A stretch of DNA of 32,000 bases from Candidatus Nanobsidianus stetteri (GTDB lineage Archaea; Nanobdellota; Nanobdellia; Nanobdellales; Nanobdellaceae), in NCBI RefSeq assembly GCF_003086415.1, contig NZ_QEFP02000006.1:9133-41132 (forward strand), in the 5' to 3' direction. The position numbers and the translations under genes are program-made. Shown here piece by piece: positions 26,104-32,000 of the stretch (position 1 is the stretch's first letter; each line of letters opens with the position of its first letter). The notes beneath the pieces were generated by a model that was not told the DNA's origin, ran no database searches, and saw only the letters and a program-made list of their open reading frames with translations.

Positions 26104-27279
26104 ATGACAGGCATTGTATTTTATTTCCATGCACATCAACCAAGAAGAATAAGATATTATTCTTTTTTTGATATTGGATCAAAAAATTATTTCAACGATG
26201 ATTTAAATAAAAGAATATTAGATAGGGTTGTATATAAATGTTATAAGCCAGCATTAGAAATGATATATGATAATATTACAAAATATGATATAAAAGTATC
26301 ATTTTCAATTTCTGGAACATTAATTGAGCAATTAGAATTATACCATCCAGAAATTTTGGAATTATGGAAAAAATTGGTAGATACTGGAAATGTAGAAATT
26401 GTATCTGAAACTTACTACCATTCATTGGCATATTTAATTGATAAAGATGAATTTATTAACCAAATAAAATTGCATAGAAAGAAAATAAAAGAAATATTTA
26501 ATTATAAATCTAAAAGCTTTAGAAATTTTGAGCTTGTATTTAATAATGAAATAGGAGAAATTGTATATTCTTTAGGATATAAAGTTGCATTAACTGAAGG
26601 AACTGAAAAAATTTTAGGAAATAGAAGTCCAAATTATGTTTATAAATTAAAAATAAATAATCTAAGATTATTATTAAGAAACTATAGATTATCTGATGAT
26701 ATAGGATTTAGATTTACAAATAAGAATTGGTCGGAATATCCATTAACTGCGGATAAATATTATTTATGGCTAAAGAGTACTCCGGGAGATATAATAAATA
26801 TATTCATGGATTTTGAAACAATTGGGGAACATATATGGAAAGAATCTGGAATATTTGAATTTTGGAATAAGTTATTTGAATATATTGGAAAAGAAAGATA
26901 TTTTGAAACATATAATATAACTGAAGCTGCAGAAGAATTTGATTATAAAGGTGAATTAGATATTCCAGAATTAATATCATGGGCTGATATTGAGAGAGAC
27001 TTGTCTGCATGGATTGGGGATAGTATACAAAGAGAAGCTTTAGATTATTTAAGAGAATTATATAAAAAATATAAGAATGATGAAAAGATACTAAATATAT
27101 TAAGATATTTATCAACTTCAGATAATTTCTATTATATGAGTTTAAAATATAATAGCGATGGAGATGTACATAAATATTTTAGGGAAGAAGCTTTTGCAAC
27201 CCCATATGATTCTTTTATATCATATATGAATATTCTAAAAGATATAGAATTAAATGAGGCTATTGAAAATAGAAATTAA
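26104..27279 (+). CDS. glycoside hydrolase family 57 (alpha-amylase-like)
   Basis: 391 aa. GH57 conserved regions are present: FHAHQP, GNVEIVSETYYH, FRNFELVFNN and FMDFETIGEH. Confidence 0.85.
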   Translation: MTGIVFYFHAHQPRRIRYYSFFDIGSKNYFNDDLNKRILDRVVYKCYKPALEMIYDNITKYDIKVSFSISGTLIEQLELYHPEILELWKKLVDTGNVEIVSETYYHSLAYLIDKDEFINQIKLHRKKIKEIFNYKSKSFRNFELVFNNEIGEIVYSLGYKVALTEGTEKILGNRSPNYVYKLKINNLRLLLRNYRLSDDIGFRFTNKNWSEYPLTADKYYLWLKSTPGDIINIFMDFETIGEHIWKESGIFEFWNKLFEYIGKERYFETYNITEAAEEFDYKGELDIPELISWADIERDLSAWIGDSIQREALDYLRELYKKYKNDEKILNILRYLSTSDNFYYMSLKYNSDGDVHKYFREEAFATPYDSFISYMNILKDIELNEAIENRN

Positions 27280-28446
27280 TTTTTCTACAGAATCTTTCCA
27301 AGATAAATTTTTTATATCATCTAAACATAGTTTTATCTCATATTCTCCCAATTTTGGATAAGATAACAATGCCAATATATAATCTGCCATTTTATTTACA
27401 TCCCAAAAATCAACTGCCATTGCATTTTTTAATACTTCATATACACCCGTTTGTTTTGATATTATAATAAAGTCTTTATATTTTAAAGCTTCGAAGGGAG
27501 TTAAACCAAAAGGTTCTGATACGGATGGCAAAACAAATATATCTGCTATTGAATATAAATATTCTGCTAAATCATCATCAACCCATCCAGTAAATATTAC
27601 ATTTTTTGATATATTTAAATCTGCAGCCATTTTTATTAATTGTTCCAACATTTCTCCAGTTCCTGCAAATATAAATAATACATCCTTTCTTTTTTCTAAA
27701 ACTCTTTTAGCTGCTCTTAATAAATAATCTGGACCTTTATGCATTGTCATTCTCCCAAGATATAATACTATTTTATATTTCTCCTTTATTTTACTATTTA
27801 TTTTTTCTTTTATACTAAAATCATCATCTGGGGCGTTATATATTACATCAATCTTCTTTTCATCACAATTATAATATTTTACCAATATATCCTTTTCCCT
27901 TTTACTTACTACTATAACCTTATCAGCATATTTACAAGCTTCCAACTCTATTCCATAATCATAATCAAATAAATATTTTAATATATCTGGATTTCCTCCA
28001 ACTCTATCATATACTAAAGAATGAAAATGAATAACCAATGGTTTTTTATATATTTTCTTTATTTCTATACCTGCTAAAGCTGTTAACCAATCATATGCAT
28101 ATATAATATCAAAATCCAATTTCATATTCTTCAACACATCTAATATTCTATCTTTATATTCAATTACCGCTCTTTTATAATCTATAATTTTTCTTTTATA
28201 TAATGTAAAAGACTCATATTTAAAATAATCTATATATGATTGATATACTTTCATATTTAATCCGAAGATTTTTGAATTCTTTAATTTATTATTCCAAAAA
28301 GATTTTACATCATCAGTCAAGTTTAAAATAAATAAATAAACATTGTTATTAAAATAATCAAGATATTTTAAATAATAATATGTTACTTTTTCCAATCCGC
28401 CACCTTTTTGAGGAAACACTCCCCATGATAAAAAGAGTATTTTCAT
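27250..28446 (-). CDS. GT-B glycosyltransferase with KxGGL motif (GlgA-like GT5/GT4 alpha-glucan synthase candidate)
   Basis: 398 aa. N-terminal MKILFLSWGVFPQKGGGLEKV carries the KxGGL starch/glycogen synthase signature. C-terminal VLPSVSEPFGLTPFEALKY is present. Its 3' end overlaps the GH57 3' end by 30 nt (convergent). Confidence 0.8.
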   Translation of the reverse strand: MKILFLSWGVFPQKGGGLEKVTYYYLKYLDYFNNNVYLFILNLTDDVKSFWNNKLKNSKIFGLNMKVYQSYIDYFKYESFTLYKRKIIDYKRAVIEYKDRILDVLKNMKLDFDIIYAYDWLTALAGIEIKKIYKKPLVIHFHSLVYDRVGGNPDILKYLFDYDYGIELEACKYADKVIVVSKREKDILVKYYNCDEKKIDVIYNAPDDDFSIKEKINSKIKEKYKIVLYLGRMTMHKGPDYLLRAAKRVLEKRKDVLFIFAGTGEMLEQLIKMAADLNISKNVIFTGWVDDDLAEYLYSIADIFVLPSVSEPFGLTPFEALKYKDFIIISKQTGVYEVLKNAMAVDFWDVNKMADYILALLSYPKLGEYEIKLCLDDIKNLSWKDSVEKLISIFNSLI

Positions 28447-28497
28447 AATTAAAAGATAAATAAAAATAATTATAAATCTTTTAACAAAAATATTTGT

Positions 28498-30102
28498 ATG
28501 GAAAATGTAATTGAATTGGATATTTTTGATTATGCTATTATAAATAATAAAGGTTCCTTTTTGTTTTTACCTTTACTATATAACAGTAGATATTTTGGTT
28601 TATTACAATATTATAATAACAATTTTATCAAAATAATAGAAAAAATAGAAAATAGGGAGATAAATTATAATGAAATTGAAAAAGTAATATTAAAAGATTA
28701 TAATGATTTAAAAATAATTTATAAAAATGGATGGGAAGAATATAAATTAATAGACAATAAATTAATATATAAAACAAATAAATATTCTACTTTGAATGTT
28801 TATTTCGATATAAGATATTTATATGATATAGATGAATGGGGAAGGATATATAATAATGAAAAAAATAAAGATTATGTAAAGATAAAATTTAATAAAGGTG
28901 ATTTAAACTATGAAGTAATAATAAAGGGATTTGAAGTTTATCAAGAATTAAATAAATGGATAAAGGTAAATTATAATTATGATTTATATAGAAAATCTCC
29001 TCCATTTGAAAGATATATATATTTACCATTTTCCTTTTATGCAAAAGAATTGGAAATAATATATAAAAATGATAAGGAAAATTTAAATGGAAAGAATTTA
29101 ATTGAAAATAGGTTATTATCCTTTATTTATGATAATAATATCTCTGCAGGTTTTCCATGGTATTTTCAAGAATGGAGTAGAGATATATTAATTTCATTAA
29201 AGGGATTATATTATATTAATAAAGATATTGTAAAGAATAAGTTAATTGAATATTCAAATTATTTTTTACTAGATGGAAGATTAAAAAATATAAAAAATGA
29301 AAATGTTGGAAATTCTGATGGAATTGGATTATATATTTTTAGATTATTTCAATTTAAAGATTTGTTTGAAAAAGAAATATTTGATAAATTAATAGATAAT
29401 ATAATTGAAAAGTTAAAATTATTTGAAGAAAATTATTTAGATGAAAAATTATTCTTATTTAAAGCATATCCAAATGAAACATGGATGGATACATTAAATA
29501 GAATTTATCCAATAGAAATACAATTCTTAATGGCAAATGCATATGATAACTTATATAATTATACAAAAAAAGATGAATATAAAGAAAAATTGGAAAAAAT
29601 AAAGAATTCAATTAGAAAAAATTATTTATCAGATTATTCTTTATATGATGATATAAAAAATAAAAAGATAAGATGTAATATATTTTTATCCTATTATTTT
29701 TATCCGAAGATATTTTCAAATTATGAGTGGGAAAATATTTTTGATTATTCATTAACTCATTTATATCTAAAATGGGGAGGAATTAGTAGTTTATCTATAT
29801 TTGATAAAGAATTTATTCCATATAGTAATGAGGATAATTATTTTAAAAATGAGGGAAAGTCAATGCATAATGGAGATTCATGGATTTTTATAAATAACAT
29901 TGCTGCTATTGATTTATATAATTTAAATAAGGAAAAATACGGAAATATAATAAATAGTATTTTAAAATCTAATGAAAGATTGATAAAAATGATAGGAACA
30001 TTACCAGAAAGATCCAGCGCATATGAATTAAAACCAGCAGGGGCTTTACATCAACTATGGTCAATATCAACTTATATAGAATTATTAAATAATATAAAAT
30101 AA
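28498..30102 (+). CDS. amylo-alpha-1,6-glucosidase / glycogen debranching enzyme (GDE C-terminal domain family)
   Basis: 534 aa. GFPWYFQEWSRDILISLKGL, HNGDSWIFINN and LHQLWSISTYIELL match the GDE_C pattern (w..wGRD..i.l.Gl; hNG..W.w; .WS.a). Confidence 0.8.
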   Translation: MENVIELDIFDYAIINNKGSFLFLPLLYNSRYFGLLQYYNNNFIKIIEKIENREINYNEIEKVILKDYNDLKIIYKNGWEEYKLIDNKLIYKTNKYSTLNVYFDIRYLYDIDEWGRIYNNEKNKDYVKIKFNKGDLNYEVIIKGFEVYQELNKWIKVNYNYDLYRKSPPFERYIYLPFSFYAKELEIIYKNDKENLNGKNLIENRLLSFIYDNNISAGFPWYFQEWSRDILISLKGLYYINKDIVKNKLIEYSNYFLLDGRLKNIKNENVGNSDGIGLYIFRLFQFKDLFEKEIFDKLIDNIIEKLKLFEENYLDEKLFLFKAYPNETWMDTLNRIYPIEIQFLMANAYDNLYNYTKKDEYKEKLEKIKNSIRKNYLSDYSLYDDIKNKKIRCNIFLSYYFYPKIFSNYEWENIFDYSLTHLYLKWGGISSLSIFDKEFIPYSNEDNYFKNEGKSMHNGDSWIFINNIAAIDLYNLNKEKYGNIINSILKSNERLIKMIGTLPERSSAYELKPAGALHQLWSISTYIELLNNIK

Positions 30103-30103
30103 G

Positions 30104-31018
30104 ATGTGGTGGAAAAAATATGGGTTCTTTAAGAATCCCTTGGATATAAGACCAAATGAAGATTTGGTAGGAGTAGATGATATAATAAAAAAGGTAAAAG
30201 ATTCTATAATAAATGGTGAAATATTTCTATTATATGGTCCAATTGGTTCAGGGAAAACATCTTTAGCATTTAAAATTAAAAAAGATCTATCAGATGATTA
30301 TAATGTAATATATATAAATGGAGAATATGAAAAGGATAAAGACATAAATTATATAATTGAAAAAAATAAGTATATTAAGTTTTTATTTTTTAAATTTGAA
30401 AATAAATTACCCATAGTATTAATATTAGATGAATTTTATAATTTTCCAGAAGATGTATCTAAAAAACTAAAATATTTATATGATAATAGAATTGTTCATT
30501 CAATAATGTTAATTCAACCATCCCCACAAATAATGAATGCTTCTTTATCTTTCTTGAATAGATTATATAGAAAGATTGAAATGAAATTCCCTCCAGAAGA
30601 TGAAATATTAAAATTAATAAATAAGAAATTAAAGGGAAGAGTAAATATAGATGAAAAAATATTGAGAAATTTAATAAGAAAAAATAATAATAATGTTAGA
30701 CAGATATTTATTGAATTAAATAATTTATTGGAGGAGGGAATAAATAATATAAATAAGGAATTAGAAGAAATAAAGAATTTTGAAGGCGATATAAAATTAT
30801 CAAATACACAAATAAAAATTCTAGAAGTATTATATAAAAATAAGATGTCTTCAAGAGAAATATCAAGAATATTAGATCTTCCAAGAAATACTGTATCAAA
30901 ATATTTGAATAAAATGTATAAAAAAGGTATATTAATAAGAGAAGTAAATAACAATGAATATATTTATAGTATAAATCCACAATATATAAATATTATATCA
31001 AAGAAGATTGGAAAATAG
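30104..31018 (+). CDS. AAA-type P-loop ATPase with a C-terminal winged-helix DNA-binding domain
   Basis: 304 aa. An ExeA/ORC-like N-terminus (YGFFKNPLDIRPNEDLVG), Walker A LLYGPIGSGKTSLA, Walker B VLILDEF and a C-terminal HTH (SSREISRILDLPRNTVSKYLNKMYKKGILIRE). It starts 1 nt after the debranching-enzyme stop. Confidence 0.7.
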   Translation: MWWKKYGFFKNPLDIRPNEDLVGVDDIIKKVKDSIINGEIFLLYGPIGSGKTSLAFKIKKDLSDDYNVIYINGEYEKDKDINYIIEKNKYIKFLFFKFENKLPIVLILDEFYNFPEDVSKKLKYLYDNRIVHSIMLIQPSPQIMNASLSFLNRLYRKIEMKFPPEDEILKLINKKLKGRVNIDEKILRNLIRKNNNNVRQIFIELNNLLEEGINNINKELEEIKNFEGDIKLSNTQIKILEVLYKNKMSSREISRILDLPRNTVSKYLNKMYKKGILIREVNNNEYIYSINPQYINIISKKIGK

Positions 31019-31090
31019 CCACCGTAGCTCAGCTGGTAGAGCGCTACCCTGGTAAGGTAGAGGCCCCGGGTTCAAATCCCGGCGGTGGCA
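31018..31090 (+). tRNA. tRNA-Thr (anticodon GGU), 73 nt, no intron, CCA not encoded
   Basis: Hand-folded cloverleaf. Acceptor GCCACCG/CGGTGGC, D stem GCTC/GAGC, anticodon stem CTACC/GGTAG, loop CTGGTAA, variable AGGCC, T stem CCGGG/CCCGG, T loop TTCAAAT, discriminator A. All stems are G+C rich. Confidence 0.93.
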
Positions 31091-31355
31091 CTGGCTTTTC
31101 ATTTAATTTTTCAAAAGATATACTTAAAATTTAATAAATTATAATTATTTAATGTGGAATAAAATTGTTAATAATGGTTATTTAAACAATAAAGATAATA
31201 CTTTATCTATTATTATTAATATTACTAATTTAATTAGCAATAAATACTTAATAAGAGGAAATTATTTACAAATAATTGTAAAAAACTTTAATATGCTAAT
31301 AATCAAAATATTCTTAAGTATTAGAAAAATAATTAAATCATTAATAATTATTTAT

Positions 31356-32000
31356 ATGAGACATAGGCATCATAGAAATCATAATGGATTTCGAAGACAT
31401 AAACACTGGTATAACAATTATTATTATGATATTTATAAATATAATAATGTAAGTAGAAGCAAACCTAGAAGAAGTAGAATTATTAAAAATATTGTTCGTA
31501 TAATAATAATTTTATTAATAATATTTGTAGTCTTTGATAATCTATCATATATAAAACAAATTCTAAAAACCCTACAAACAAGTATTAATAACATTTCAAC
31601 AACTATACAATCAATAACCACATCTACACAACCCACAATAAATTCAACATGGGTTTTTCAATTCTTTAGCATTGTAAATCAATATAGACAATCAATTGGT
31701 GCTCCACCATTGCAATATTGTCCTTGGCTAGACAACTTTGCCTATATTAGATTTGAAACAATGATTCAAAATCCCGCAATAAGTCACTATGGTTTTGATC
31801 AAGACTTTAATGAATACTTTAGTCAATATCAAAATTACTTATCTCTGTCAATTGGAGAAGAGGTTCTGCATCCAGATGGTTATACACCAGATGAATATGT
31901 ACAAGATATGCAATCAAGCGCACCAATCCATTGGGAGGGATTGATAGATGCTAATTATACATATTATGGATATTACATTGGTTACGGACCAGATTACGTA
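31356..32000 (+). CDS. membrane-anchored CAP/SCP/PR-1-like domain protein with a His/Arg-rich N-terminus; partial, runs off the window end
   Basis: Absent from the ORF track because it is truncated. Hand translation gives MRHRHHRNHNGFRRHKHWYNNYYY...SRSKPRRSRIIKNIVRIIIILLIIFVVF (TM), then TSTQPTINSTWVFQFFSIVNQYRQSIGAPPLQYCPWLDNFAYIRFETMIQNPAISHYGF...SIGEEVL...MQSSAPIHWEGLIDANYTYYGYYIGYG. This follows the bacterial SCP/YkwD pattern (N.yR...G..PL...L...A..r...m....sH...GE.....S..H...l.d..yt..G). Alternative in-frame starts lie at 31293 and 31152; the frame opens at 31107. Confidence 0.7.
   Translation, partial: MRHRHHRNHNGFRRHKHWYNNYYYDIYKYNNVSRSKPRRSRIIKNIVRIIIILLIIFVVFDNLSYIKQILKTLQTSINNISTTIQSITTSTQPTINSTWVFQFFSIVNQYRQSIGAPPLQYCPWLDNFAYIRFETMIQNPAISHYGFDQDFNEYFSQYQNYLSLSIGEEVLHPDGYTPDEYVQDMQSSAPIHWEGLIDANYTYYGYYIGYGPDYV

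Noticed and set aside
30514-30980. 146-aa and 90-aa minus-strand ORFs.
   Set aside because: Both are antisense to the AAA/wHTH gene, which has clear Walker A/B and HTH motifs. They are Phe/Leu/Ile/Ser-rich shadow frames.
1-32000. Searched for CRISPR arrays, IS elements or transposases, integrases, prophage genes, tRNA halves or split tRNA genes, tRNA introns, rRNA genes and inteins in the polymerase subunits.
   Set aside because: No regularly spaced direct repeats and no transposase- or integrase-like ORFs. There are no GC-rich islands other than the tRNA-Thr and the C/D sRNA. The RNAP subunit lengths are normal, with no intein-sized insertions.

Overview
This is a very AT-rich (by eye about three quarters A+T), tightly packed archaeal chromosome segment. 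There are no CRISPR arrays, IS elements or integrases. Intergenic gaps are mostly 30-50 bp, and many start/stop codons overlap. The only GC-rich islands are a tRNA-Thr and a C/D box sRNA. That contrast suggests a thermophile with a reduced genome, DPANN/Nanoarchaeota-like (inference only).

Content from left to right:
- cydA 5' part (truncated at the window edge) and pdaD.
- A rearranged transcription/translation superoperon on the minus strand: rpoH, split rpoB''/B', rpoA', rpoA'', L30e, S12, an inserted membrane protein, then S7. NusA and EF-2 are missing from their usual places.
- A RimK-like ATP-grasp plus DUF371 pair.
- An unusual ~440 bp non-coding gap.
- A polytopic membrane protein, agmatinase and a family-4 UDG.
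- A C/D box sRNA overlapping the UDG stop codon.
- A S24e-S27ae-DUF192 operon, LonB, and TFB-Pop5-like-PsmA-SBDS (a truncated exosome superoperon).
- A glycogen locus: GT3 glycogen synthase translationally coupled to a ParA/MinD ATPase and a 104-aa protein, then GH57, a KxGGL glycosyltransferase, a GDE-type debranching enzyme and an AAA+/wHTH protein.
- tRNA-Thr(GGU) abutting the preceding stop codon.
- A membrane-anchored CAP/SCP-domain protein running off the right edge.

The most promising candidate for something undescribed is the ParA/MinD plus small-partner module hard-wired to glycogen synthase. Secondary leads are the short Pop5-like gene seen alongside the possibly leaderless tRNA, the sRNA guide that resembles the anti-Shine-Dalgarno sequence, and a frameshifted small surface-protein gene.
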